Assembly: GCA_044892505.1 (NCBI GenBank)
Contig: CM097883.1
Location: 408,152,722-408,210,000, forward strand
DNA: 57,279 bases
Direction: 5' to 3'
Source: Schmidtea nova
Taxonomy: Eukaryota
Part shown: positions 38,571 to 48,892 of the stretch, piece by piece
How the letters are laid out: each line of letters starts with the position of its first letter
How positions within the stretch are numbered: position 1 is the stretch's first letter
Position numbers and translations under genes: made by a program
Notes under the pieces: model-generated
Database searches by the model: none
What the model was told of the DNA's origin: nothing
What the model saw: the letters and a program-made list of their open reading frames with translations, nothing else

Positions 38571-38679
38571 TGTGAGATAATAAGACAATTTAAATATTTA
38601 TTCAGTCAATAAATCTACTTATTTAAACAACTTTATTTTCTTTTATAAATCATTATTTTAAATTATTCTTCTTTATACA
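38571..38679 (-). repeat. 3' LTR
   Basis: Identical to 42029-42137. Confidence 0.97.
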
Positions 38680-41405
38680 TCTCCCCGAGATTCTAACAAA
38701 TCTTCATTCCTGTGCCTCAAGTCAGCTACATGACGCGGCATTGCCACGGTTCCGTAATCGACGATTGCTTTATGCGGAGACAGCAGCTTCATGATTCTTC
38801 CTCTCATCCAGGAAGATGTACATGGTTGATTTTGCGAGGGTTTCACCCACACCTTGTCGTTAATCTGAAAGCCATTGTCTATTTGTTGAGCCGTTCTTTT
38901 CGTTTCATTAAATCGAAGTCTTAGGTCATAAGCGTAAATGCCTTTTATCGGAGGTCTGGAAGAACCATTTACTGGTGTATTATTGTACCAGTAAATTGCT
39001 TCTTGCACTGAGCATTCCGATCGCGTGACTGCAGCTTTTATTGTTTTATGGTTCCTCTCAATAATGCCGTTGCCTGCTGGTCTATTAGCGGATCTGAATT
39101 CAGTTCTAATTCTCCACCTTTTCATTAGAGAAGTGAAAGTTTCTGACCTAAACGATAAGTAATTGTCCAACAGAAGCTCGTCAGGAGGTCCTCTTTCATA
39201 AAATACCTGTTCCAACTGCTTGCAAATTTCGTCTGCGCTTTCGTTTCGTATTTCTCGCCAAATCGCAAATCGAGAAGGCCCACAATCTATGATTGTTAAA
39301 AATTTTCTTTGATGTAATTTAGTCACATCGATAGCTAATCGTTTCCAAGAATCTTTTACCTCTAATTGCCCTTTGCTGATCTTAACCGGATGAGGGTCTA
39401 TTGATTGACATTTGTCACACTTCTCGACAATCTCTTTTAACTCATTTTGAGAAAGGTTAATTCCTGCTTCCTCGGTCAAGAACCTCAACCGATCTCCTCC
39501 GAAATGGCTTAATTTGTGTATTTCAACTGCGTTCTTGATGGGATCTTCACCCGGGTCTAGCAACGCCGTATTACACGTATGTTTCGTAATCCAATTTGAG
39601 GGAATTCTGGTTAATATGTCGGATTTATTTTTGTCTGTTGGAACGTATTCTATTTCAGCCTTTATCTCATATTCAATAATTAATTCTTTAATTATGTTGA
39701 GCCTTCTTTTTACTAACATTTCTGAGGAAGCTTTAGTTGAAACCTTTCTCTCGGATGTCAAGGCATTATGTACCCAACTTACCACGGATTTGTTATCCGA
39801 CATGATCTTAACAGTCTTTAAATTCCATTTGATGCATAAGTTGATGCCTTTAACGATCGCCTCAAGTTCGCACAGGTTAATGTGCCTAACGTCCTTCTCC
39901 TTTCTCAACCAGCATGCGTCTTCCATAATATTTCCGTCGATTTCTAGCGCTGCTCCTATGGCGATAGAGCTGGCATCACACCATAAAATATTTCCTCTGT
40001 CCATTGGTGCTTTCCATATACCATGAGCTGGATCATTCTTTTCAACCTCCTTTATTAACCATTTAACTTTGTTTAGTAATTGAACGTCGATTGGCCGGTC
40101 CCATTCTCCTTCGCTTAATCGTTTGAGATAAGAGCACGCGGGTCGTAACCAACCTGCAACTGGAAGAATTCCGGTTAATTGACCGCATAACGAATACAGT
40201 TCTCGTCTGTCCATTCTCTTTTCTTCAAATTCGTACCGGATGACATTGGCTCGGTTCCATTTTAATAAGTTATCCTCAATATGAACTGATAATCCAAGTA
40301 TTCTTAGAGCTTTTGTTGATGAGGGGCGTTCAATTTCTTTCGTCATCAAGTTAACTTTTTCTAGCCAGGCTTTTACTTCTTCAGCTGGGACAACTTCTTC
40401 GTCGATAAAAATATCGTCAATGTACGCACTGGCTCCTTGTTTTATTCTGTCATTTAAACCCAACACGTAGTTAACGATCTCTGTCATAATACTGGGAGCG
40501 ATATTGATTCCGAAGCCTAGTCTTGTCAATGCATATCGCCTTCCGTTTACAATGCATGACTGGTACTTCCACATACTCTCATCAACCCGGATTTGCATGT
40601 ATGCATCAGATAAATCCAAAATCGCTATTTTCTTTCCCTTCTTTCTCCAATCTCTTATTGTTTCATTGCAAACTACTGCTTCTCCACTATAGACGTCTAA
40701 ATAATGATTTAAAGCTCTAAAATCGAACACTGGCCGTATTTTGCTCTTGTTCTTTTGCATAACCGGAAATAAAGTTACTGCTCCAACAGGCTTACCGAAC
40801 CGGTTTTCGTCATATTCGACTAACCATCCATTTTTGACCCACTGCTCGATGACTTTGAGAGCCTGGCCTGCTTTGGGCTTATCTGGATCTAACTTGGAAT
40901 ATCGATCTGACATTGATACTGAGGGTTCTGTGTTCCAATTCCATGATACCATCCATTCTTTGTTGAACGTTGCTTCGAAGTTCTTCCTTTGAATTAAAAA
41001 ACTCTGAGCTTCGTTTCCGTTTACAGCCATCAAACATTTCAATTCACATCCGAATCTGACGTCTTCACTGATTGTCACTCCTCCTAGTGCTATAATGGCG
41101 TTCATACCTAATATGACATCATATCCCGCTATCATTTTTCTAGAAATAAAACAGTCAATGATAAAGTACTTTCCTTCTAATTCGATTTCTGCCTTGCTCT
41201 GGCTCACTGGCAGTATTGATCCATCTGCTAGGAACACTTGAACGTTGGGTGATGTGATGGCTTCTCCGCGTATAATTGTTGTCGAGCAGCCGGAATCTAT
41301 AAGACAAAGACGTTTTGATCCATTTATGGAAAGGAGTCTTTCTTTTAACATCTTTTTGGGATCGAGAGAGACTCCTGAATATTCTCGATCCCGTTGTCTT
41401 TTCCC
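38673..41405 (-). CDS. pol: Pol polyprotein (PR-RT-RNase H-integrase), probably entered by a -1 frameshift from gag
   Basis: PR LIDSGCS; RT LDLSDAY, TRLGFG, YIDD; RNase H CDASS, ELEA, SDN; integrase H-x3-H...C-x2-C, IDVT, LDN, IERNH; Gypsy domain order. The stop codon lies inside the 3' LTR. Confidence 0.95.
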   Translation of the reverse strand, partial: GKRQRDREYSGVSLDPKKMLKERLLSINGSKRLCLIDSGCSTTIIRGEAITSPNVQVFLADGSILPVSQSKAEIELEGKYFIIDCFISRKMIAGYDVILGMNAIIALGGVTISEDVRFGCELKCLMAVNGNEAQSFLIQRKNFEATFNKEWMVSWNWNTEPSVSMSDRYSKLDPDKPKAGQALKVIEQWVKNGWLVEYDENRFGKPVGAVTLFPVMQKNKSKIRPVFDFRALNHYLDVYSGEAVVCNETIRDWRKKGKKIAILDLSDAYMQIRVDESMWKYQSCIVNGRRYALTRLGFGINIAPSIMTEIVNYVLGLNDRIKQGASAYIDDIFIDEEVVPAEEVKAWLEKVNLMTKEIERPSSTKALRILGLSVHIEDNLLKWNRANVIRYEFEEKRMDRRELYSLCGQLTGILPVAGWLRPACSYLKRLSEGEWDRPIDVQLLNKVKWLIKEVEKNDPAHGIWKAPMDRGNILWCDASSIAIGAALEIDGNIMEDACWLRKEKDVRHINLCELEAIVKGINLCIKWNLKTVKIMSDNKSVVSWVHNALTSERKVSTKASSEMLVKRRLNIIKELIIEYEIKAEIEYVPTDKNKSDILTRIPSNWITKHTCNTALLDPGEDPIKNAVEIHKLSHFGGDRLRFLTEEAGINLSQNELKEIVEKCDKCQSIDPHPVKISKGQLEVKDSWKRLAIDVTKLHQRKFLTIIDCGPSRFAIWREIRNESADEICKQLEQVFYERGPPDELLLDNYLSFRSETFTSLMKRWRIRTEFRSANRPAGNGIIERNHKTIKAAVTRSECSVQEAIYWYNNTPVNGSSRPPIKGIYAYDLRLRFNETKRTAQQIDNGFQINDKVWVKPSQNQPCTSSWMRGRIMKLLSPHKAIVDYGTVAMPRHVADLRHRNEDLLESRGDV
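41332..41405 (-). other. -1 programmed ribosomal frameshift signal (slippery site and H-type pseudoknot)
   Basis: G GGA AAA in the gag frame, a 6-nt spacer, a 10-bp stem 1 and an 8-bp stem 2. Confidence 0.8.
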
Positions 41406-42016
41406 GATTTACAATATCGGGATTGGTGTCCAAGCATTTCACACCTAGAACATTGAATTTTTTTCTTGTTCGGACAGTTACGGGCAAAATGATTTTCATT
41501 ACAAATATAACATTGCATCTTCTTTATCTTCGCCACAAAGGCAGACTGATGTCCATGAGTTAGATTCAGTCGTGAAACGATGTCACCGATTGCGTCGATC
41601 GTCGTTGATCCTTGTCGTCTCACCTCAGCTGCGATTTCTACTGGCAAGGATTTGATTATAATGTTTATTAAGAGATCTCCAGCGTTACAAGCCAGATTCT
41701 TCATTTCTGATAAATGAATGTTAATATTGTCCCCGATCTGGAATCTCTTGTTTAACAACTTGGAAAAACATGCTTCTGGGGGATCGCTGAAAGCTCGTAT
41801 CAATGATATTTTAATTTCTTCATAACTAATATCTTCGTTTTTCGCTGCTTCCTTCAAGGTGATAAATGCCTTCCCCTTCATGACAGCAGGTAAAATTTCT
41901 TTTTTTCCATTGAATTTGTGAAGCTTGCATATTAATTCAAACTTATCGAACCATTCATCGATTTTCACGGTTTCGCCGTCAAAACATTCGATTGCATTCA
42001 ATATATCTTTTATCAT
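41345..42016 (-). CDS. gag: Gag with two CCHC zinc knuckles (about 223 aa)
   Basis: FDGE...DEWFDKFE, CYICNENHFARNC and CSRCEMLGHQSRYC. The first ATG after the LTR is at 42016. Confidence 0.92.
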   Translation of the reverse strand: MIKDILNAIECFDGETVKIDEWFDKFELICKLHKFNGKKEILPAVMKGKAFITLKEAAKNEDISYEEIKISLIRAFSDPPEACFSKLLNKRFQIGDNINIHLSEMKNLACNAGDLLINIIIKSLPVEIAAEVRRQGSTTIDAIGDIVSRLNLTHGHQSAFVAKIKKMQCYICNENHFARNCPNKKKIQCSRCEMLGHQSRYCKSGKDNGIENIQESLSIPKRC

Positions 42017-42028
42017 GCCCGGATAGCT
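42017..42028 (-). other. Atypical primer-binding site complementary to nt 1-12 of tRNA-Lys(UUU)
   Basis: Sense AGCTATCCGGGC is the reverse complement of GCCCGGATAGCT. Confidence 0.7.
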
Positions 42029-42137
42029 TGTGAGATAATAAGACAATTTAAATATTTATTCAGTCAATAAATCTACTTATTTAAACAACTTTATTTTCTT
42101 TTATAAATCATTATTTTAAATTATTCTTCTTTATACA
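42029..42137 (-). repeat. 5' LTR
   Basis: Identical to 38571-38679. Confidence 0.97.
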
Positions 42138-42154
42138 ATTTATTTTTTAGAAAA

Positions 42155-42459
42155 GCTGATGACAATCGTATACAAGAAAATGGCCAAAATATTTCCGAAC
42201 CTCATGCCAACACTGACCTACGGCACCAGAACTCTTTCCGTATACGATTCAGGTGTTAACAGGGATAGATGTCCACCGGATCATATTGGATCATCTCGCA
42301 AATCTTAACAATGATTTGCCCCATATGGCTGAGCACATCCTCTGTGCATATCAATGCGGGAATTACGTGGAAAGGATCCGAAAATTTCATATTTGGGTTT
42401 TGAGAAACTCCCTCAAACAATATGAAACAGCACAATTGGAAAAAGTTGAAATCCAATAA
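42155..42459 (+). pseudogene. Unknown 'gene B', copy 1 (frameshifted, 3'-truncated)
   Basis: Paralogous to 43073-43545 (NLMPTLT..APELFPY...LTGID...DH.ANLN.DLP.MAEHILCAYQCGN). Confidence 0.7.
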
Positions 42460-42927
42460 TTTATTTTAAGACAAGCAGATATAGAATAATGGGATGCAAG
42501 GAATTTATTAGTGATGAAAAAGTAAAGTTTGACGATTTTACAATACAATCGATCACTGTAACTGCAGATTTAAGATTCATTTGTAATTTAAATGAATTAT
42601 CTAAATTGATAGAATGTATTTACGAGCCAGAATTATTTCCAGCTTTGAGATATCAAATATAATCGCATGTGTGTAAATATATTTGCAAGTAGTAAATTAG
42701 TCATATTAGGATTAAAAAACAGACTATTCAAATATAGTTGATAATATTATTAACGATATAAAGTCAATTATTGAAGATAAAGCCTTTGTTGATTTCATAC
42801 TAACATATTGATGCAATAGAAATGCACGATTCTGATTGGTCGAGTGTGTATTTCGAGAATAAAGACATGTTGTGCATGCTTGAGTCTGATTGGTTCAATG
42901 TGTATTATTTTGTACATGATGTGTTTT

Positions 42928-42966
<39 letters not shown>

Positions 42967-43060
42967 TATGAACATTCAATCATAGTTTATATCTAAAATG
43001 TGTTTAAAAGAAACTATGATGAAAAGTAATTAATATTTTTCAATTTTAATATTATTTATT
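42450..43060 (+). pseudogene. 5'-truncated second copy of the TBP-like gene
   Basis: Highly similar to 37960-38570. It retains ADLRFICNLNELSKLIECIYEPELFPAL in one frame but has its own 2-bp deletion, and contains an expanded (TA)n at about 42931-42965. Confidence 0.85.
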
Positions 43061-43072
43061 TTTTCAGAAAAA

Positions 43073-43545
43073 ATGATGACGAAATTGGCAGAAATCTTCT
43101 CGAACCTTATGCCAACACTGACTTATACGGCGCCGGAGCTGTTCCCGTATAAGAATCAGATGTTAACAGGGATAGATGGCACCAGACCTTGCTGGATCAT
43201 TTTGCAAATCTCAACAGTGATTTGCCCTATATGGCTGAGCACATCCTATGTGCATATCAATGCGGCAATTGTGTGAATAGGATCCGCAAATTCCATATTT
43301 TGTTTTTGAGAAACACCCTCAAACAATATGAAAAAGCTCAATTGGAAAAAGTTGAGGAGGACGAGGACCAAATAAAGGCATCATTGCCCAATTCAACACC
43401 GGAGCCCATAGATGAAAAGTCAAATTCAATTATCGAATGTGATTGTTCGATGAATGTATCGAGTGGAAAACAGTGCGACGAGTCACCCGAATCTCCAGAT
43501 TGTGAAGAATGTCACAGAGTTGTTGAAAAAGAGGAACAAGAATAA
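43073..43545 (+). pseudogene. Unknown 'gene B', copy 2 (about 157 aa, one frameshift), with a Cys/His-containing core and acidic tail
   Basis: Two overlapping ORF-track entries are joined by a 1-nt frameshift near 43175. Differences from copy 1 are mostly at third codon positions. Confidence 0.7.
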
Positions 43546-43849
43546 CAAGAATAACAAAATGAAAATTATTTGTATATAATAATAAATAGGTTTTTAATGT
43601 TAGCAATTTTAGTTTTATGTCAATTTCTTTTAGTTTCATGTCATTTTAGTTTAATCATTTTAGTTCTTTTAATGTTTTGGATTTGAGTTTTAGTTTTTTT
43701 TATTTATTAAACATGTATTCATTTAATTTTAAGTAATTTTTATTATACTTTGAAATATTTATTTTTTATTAAACTTTGGAGTATATTATTATGAAATTTT
43801 TTATTTATTAAGTTTTAGTCTAGCTGTAATTACTAATAAAGAAGATATT

Positions 43850-44071
43850 ATGGCACTAAATAAAATATTTTCAAAAATCAATGTCAATTTAATTTGTAAA
43901 GAAACGATGTATATTAACACCAGAAAAATTCGTTTCCATGATGCTTTTCAAACTATCGAATTCAATAATCAAGAACACTGATTCGTTACAATAATTATTC
44001 AAGGATATAAGATTGATAAAAAGGAAGTGATTACTCCAATTTGGAGAGTTGACAATGTACGATATGCATAA
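43850..44071 (+). pseudogene. Small unknown ORF 'C' (73 codons, one internal TGA)
   Basis: MALNKIFSKINVNLICKETMYINTRKIRFHDAFQTIEFNNQEH*FVTIIIQGYKIDKKEVITPIWRVDNVRYA, co-oriented with gene B. Confidence 0.35.
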
Positions 44072-44494
44072 TTGTGATTTAATAAATTTTACTATGAACA
44101 ATTTTAGTTTTTTACTATGAATTTACTATAAATTTTACTATGAACAATTTTAACTTTTATAAGTTCGACTTATTTAATGTGACAATTAATGATAATTTTA
44201 TTTGTTTTTATTTTTATTTAATGTATAAATTTTTATTGATTAGGTCTTACGAAAATTTTTTATTCATTAAATTTTACAATATTGATATATATTTTACGAT
44301 AATTTATTACTAGATTTTACGTACTTTATTAAAATTGAAATTTTAACAATATGATTAGTAAACAATATTGATAGCCAACAGAATTTGCTCTATATTTTTA
44401 GTATAAATAAAGGAAGTTTATAATAAAGAAATGATATATATACAGTTAAATTTTGTTTTAAAATTTGTAAATAATCAACGTATTCTTAGATAAA

Positions 44495-44644
44495 ATGAGC
44501 AACACCAACAACAAAATGGACATTGACAACAACATCGATTACATCAAAAACAACGATGTCGACAACTATATGAACAACGTTATTGGTTACAATATTGAAA
44601 CAGGTGAGACAATGGATAATTCAATGGAAAAAACTGAACGTTGA
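44495..44644 (+). CDS. Small Asn/Asp-rich ORF 'D' (49 aa), unknown
   Basis: MSNTNNKMDIDNNIDYIKNNDVDNYMNNVIGYNIETGETMDNSMEKTER, in a locally GC-richer island. Confidence 0.3.
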   Translation: MSNTNNKMDIDNNIDYIKNNDVDNYMNNVIGYNIETGETMDNSMEKTER

Positions 44645-45089
44645 AAAGACAAAAGTAAGTAAATGTAAGTGTCGATTTTTATAATAATTTATTTAATGAA
44701 TGCAATTTATAATTAATTACCTTTGTACATAAATATTAAGTAAGCTTAATTATTAATTAACTAGTTTTCTTTATCGATTTTGTAATTTAATGATTATTCT
44801 TTATTTATTCAAAAGGTATTTGAAATTTTGTATCAGGAGGATATAAGCGGTATGCTCCACTACCTCAATGTGTGAACTAATATATTTTTTATTTAATTTA
44901 AAATGAAATGAAATGTCATATTTTTTTATTAAATTAAAACAAAAATTTACTTAATTTAAACAAATATATGTAATTACGTAATTAGAGAAGTAGTCACATA
45001 ATAATTGAGTTTTATTAAACATATTTAATTACCTAATTATTACGTAACCACGTGTTGCATAAAACAATAACGATTATATAATATACTCA

Positions 45090-45960
45090 TGTTGGGCAAA
45101 AACTGAGATGTGTTTAAATAGCGCAGTATTAAAAAATGTAGAGAGTGCGCGAGGAAGTAGGTTTGAAATTCTAGGAACCCAAAACACCAAGTACAGCTCA
45201 GTAGCAGTAAAACACATGAAATAGTTGATTAGAACACGTTGAAAGATTAAAACGAACAACAGTGCATTGAATGTATACGTAAAAAACACATGTATAGTGT
45301 GAGAACATCAATTGTGCAATAGAATAGCACACTAGAAAAAAAAATAAACATCTTTTCGGGAGAAAATTTTCAAATTTTAGTATAGAAATTCAAAAAATAT
45401 GAAAGAAAATTGTTTTAGTTAGAAATTGCGATAAATTAATTAAAATAGGAAAAACTTTGATCTAAAAAAGAAATTTTAGATAAAAAATAAATTATTTAGG
45501 ATTTATTTAAAATTTTATGCAAAAATAATAATTCAATTTTGCGTAATCCTTTTAGAACAATTTGTTTTAATACATCAACGAAAGTAGCAATTCGAACAAC
45601 TATATATACCGCCATCAAAATGGATTACTGACACTTTTTTGATTTTTTAACACTTATTTTCTTCAGAATTTTTGCGGTAGACATCTTGAAATCTACATTT
45701 ATGCGAATCCCTCGACTATTATTTTTTGAATCAACACGATAGCCTTTCCGTACAAAGTCTCATTGCTCAGAGGAGAACTTGCACAAAGTGTCTCGTAAAA
45801 CGATTGAAAATTTTGCAGCTGCCATTTCCAAAATTTTACGGATAGGCGAATCCCTGCTCAAAATTTTACCGAATATCAAACCTGAGAAATACGATGTAAG
45901 AATTATGCTTATATGATTTAGGGCTCGCGGGTCATGCCACCCTTTCCCATACTGGTATCA
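45090..45960 (+). repeat. About 850-bp unclassified repeat unit, copy 1
   Basis: TGTTGGGC(A/T)AAAACTG ... GAACAATTTGTTTTA ... TATATACCGCCATCAAAAT(T)GG ... TCATGCC shared with the copies starting at 49765 and 50622. Confidence 0.75.
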
Positions 45961-46369
45961 TTTTTTTTTATTTATTCTTTTTATGGTGTTTATGATTTAG
46001 CTATTATTGTTACATGTGTTTATGACATTTTTGAACCTTAATTTTGAAAAATTAAAATTTATGATCTATATTATGCTTTTTTGTCATTACCAAATTACTT
46101 TAGTTTTTCCCTTGAATTAAATCGAAAAGAATTTTTAGAAGAACCTGCACATTTACCCATCTGATATTTAATTTGATCTAATGTTCAAATTATTTTATTG
46201 TCATATAATTAATTTATCATATAATTGAATTTCCCTAAAAATCCAAAATTAATGTTATAATAAATTACAAAATTTTTATAAAAATGCACTGTATATTTAT
46301 ATGGTCCTAAAATCCATAATTGATTCAGTGAAAATTAACCCTAATAAACCCATAAATTCCTCTTTGCAA

Positions 46370-48100
46370 ATAATAACATCCATTTCACTCATTAGTAACA
46401 TCCATATATAACACCACATAAAAATCCTTTCATTTATCAAAACACGCACTGTATCGTTTCACTCATTAACATCTAGCAGCATCACACATCCATAAAATAC
46501 ACACCCAAAATACATTTAATAACATGTGTCTGCATCGTACATCCAGAATTCATACAGGCACTCACTTATTAACATTCATTGTAATTTGTTCATTATATTA
46601 ACTATCATCCCTTACACACAAACTCTACCTAGAAAATTCGCATCAATTACCTTAAATTATTCATAAATAAGAACTTGCAATATCGTGACATCCATCCTCT
46701 TTTGTTATCTTTGATAATTTCGATTTTATAGCTTGGAACAGCTTATGAAGGTCACTATCGTGTCCCTAGCATATCATCATTTTAATTATTACCATTACAT
46801 CGGTGGAAGCAAGGAAAATACTAGCATTCATGAAACCCTATAAGACTACTATTTAAAAGAACGTTCCCTAATTGACACGGTAATCCGGGGAATCATCAAC
46901 TAAATAGTCAGACGAAAATATTAAAGAAAAACAATTTACCATAAAAGTTAATGACTTAGGAAAAATTCACTAAAAGCATCAAAGATTTTATTTACTAAAA
47001 TGAAATATTTCGACAACATCACTTACACCAGTTTTGAAAAAATCCGACTCGAAAAATTCTCCGTGATAAATAATATAAATCCCATAAGCAAATTCGTGGT
47101 TGGGAATATAGCTCCATCTGATAACTTGACGAGTTGAATTGCTCTAGCGCGATTGAAGGGGAGCTATTAGGAAATGTGATAGAGATCACAATAGAAGACC
47201 TGCCATCATCGAGTCATCTAAGGAAAGCGATGGATTCTCGAAGTTTGAACCGAACCGATTGACAGTTTGAAATAGAACAAATTTAGAACCTGAAAAATTT
47301 ACCCATATACTATATCTACTGATAACGAGAGAATTACCCATTTTACATGAAGATTGAAATCAGGTTCTCGTTTTCATTATATCCACCTGTTGTCCTGGTT
47401 GATAATCTAAACTGAGTTTTTCGTCTAAAATCATTATATATAAAGTATTACCATAATATCAAATTGCTTAGAAATACCCAGTAAGGGAAAGGAAATCCCA
47501 AAAGCCAAAGTTAACTTCGAAATCAATAATTGTATTATGTAATCAAACGTACACGCTATTGATTATCCAATTAAAATTCGTAAATTTTTGTTTCTCCTTT
47601 ATATAGTATTTTTCTTATAGGGGGCCTGTGGATATTACTGACGGAGGAGTAACCATAATTGGATTTTGTAAGTAAAAATAAGGCTCGGAATTAAAAAATT
47701 ATCATATAAAATTCGGAAAAACCCTAAATAAATTTGTGGAAATAACATGTGTAATTTACGAAGAATTATTTCATTACCTGTTGCTAGGGACGCGGCGAAA
47801 TTTCAAAAGAATTTTTTTGGGGAAATAATAGTTGGAATTTATAATAAGCAAGATAGACACAATGGATATTTCATTAAATTAAAATTTAATTAAAATTTAA
47901 TTAAATTTTACAAAAAAAAATAAAATACAAAAATAGTCATTTTGATCAAATTAGTAGCGATCAAATATCCCCCGAAAAATACATGATTTTCCTGAGTTTG
48001 AGATTCGAATTGAGTCAAATATGCTGAGTAAATATGCTTGTGTCTGTTGAAAATGTGATGTATAGTGATTGATTGAAATGAATTATTTTTCTACAATTCA
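46370..48100 (+). repeat. Internal segment paralogous to about 52640-54400
   Basis: Colinear anchors catacaggcactcactta, ttacctgttg..a.gg.cgcgg..aaattt and aatatcccc(c)gaaaaata. Confidence 0.7.
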
Positions 48101-48390
48101 GATTTGAATCGAAAAAATCGAGAGTTTATTTACAATAAAGACTGATAACATCTCAAAAAACCTAAAGAACTTTGTTACTCTTAGTACGAATGATTATATT
48201 GATTTTTCTCTGTCTTTGGTTGTGTTATATGCACCGCACTTGGGTCTTGATGTGAATTATTGAAGTATGGATGAGGAACATTTTTTTTATTAAACTTATT
48301 CCGATTTGTATTTTATTAACTGTTTTAAATATTTGTAATTTTCAACCATCAGGTTAACTATTCCTAAATTTTCATACCGTTCAGAAAACA

Positions 48391-48892
48391 ATGGAAGCAA
48401 AAATGGACCAGGTACAGGAACCGCTGGAAGAAGAAGCCGTTATACGCCGAGCTCCGAGGGACGACGGAGAGAATGGATAAATTCCGTTCTCGGTGCCGAA
48501 AAGTAGAGTCCACTTGGACGAATGTGGAGGGCACCGAGAAGATGCAGAAAAAAATCCAGGGTCAAGCGGCCGAGGACGTGCTCCAATTGAGGGCCGTAAA
48601 AATGCAATTAAGGCAACGGGATGCCGAAGTTACTCGGTTGCAATTCGACGCTGGCATCGCGGCAGCGGTTTTACCAAAATACGATTTTCCCACTTTGGAA
48701 CTGTTCCCCACTCGGACTACCGAGGAGGTGCAACCTCAACAGTCGGATGACACGCCTCCTCCCAATCGACCAAAGAAGTGGCGTCCCAGCAAAGGAGTTC
48801 GTTCTCGTCGAAAACAACGACATGAGGCTCGACTCCCGGGACAGCTTCGCAAAGTATCGGTCGAAACGATCGATTCGTCACTGATGGATTGA
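48391..48892 (+). CDS. GC-rich unknown ORF (139 aa from 48473, possible frameshifted 5' extension from 48391); predicted coiled coil and basic NLS-like tail
   Basis: About 50% GC island in AT-rich DNA, a heptad-like segment QLRAVKMQLRQRDAEVTRLQ, and basic KKWRPSKGVRSRRKQRH. Confidence 0.5.

Larger units (their letters stand above)
38571..42137 (-). mobile_element. Full-length, intact Ty3/Gypsy LTR retrotransposon, 3567 bp
   Basis: Identical 109-bp LTRs (38571-38679, 42029-42137) with TG..CA ends, 5-bp TSD ATTTA (38566-38570, 42138-42142), PPT GGGGAGA next to the 3' LTR, and open gag and pol. Confidence 0.97.

Noticed and set aside
38712-41563. Several plus-strand and alternative-frame ORFs within the retrotransposon
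   Set aside because: They are shadow ORFs of gag-pol with no independent motifs.
42017-42046. ORF-track gag start at 42046 (TTG)
   Set aside because: It lies within the LTR; the ATG at 42016 is the plausible start.
44989-44994. AGTAGT as a possible Polinton terminus
   Set aside because: The orientation is wrong for a right end of the cassette, and no matching TIR or 6-bp TSD was found.
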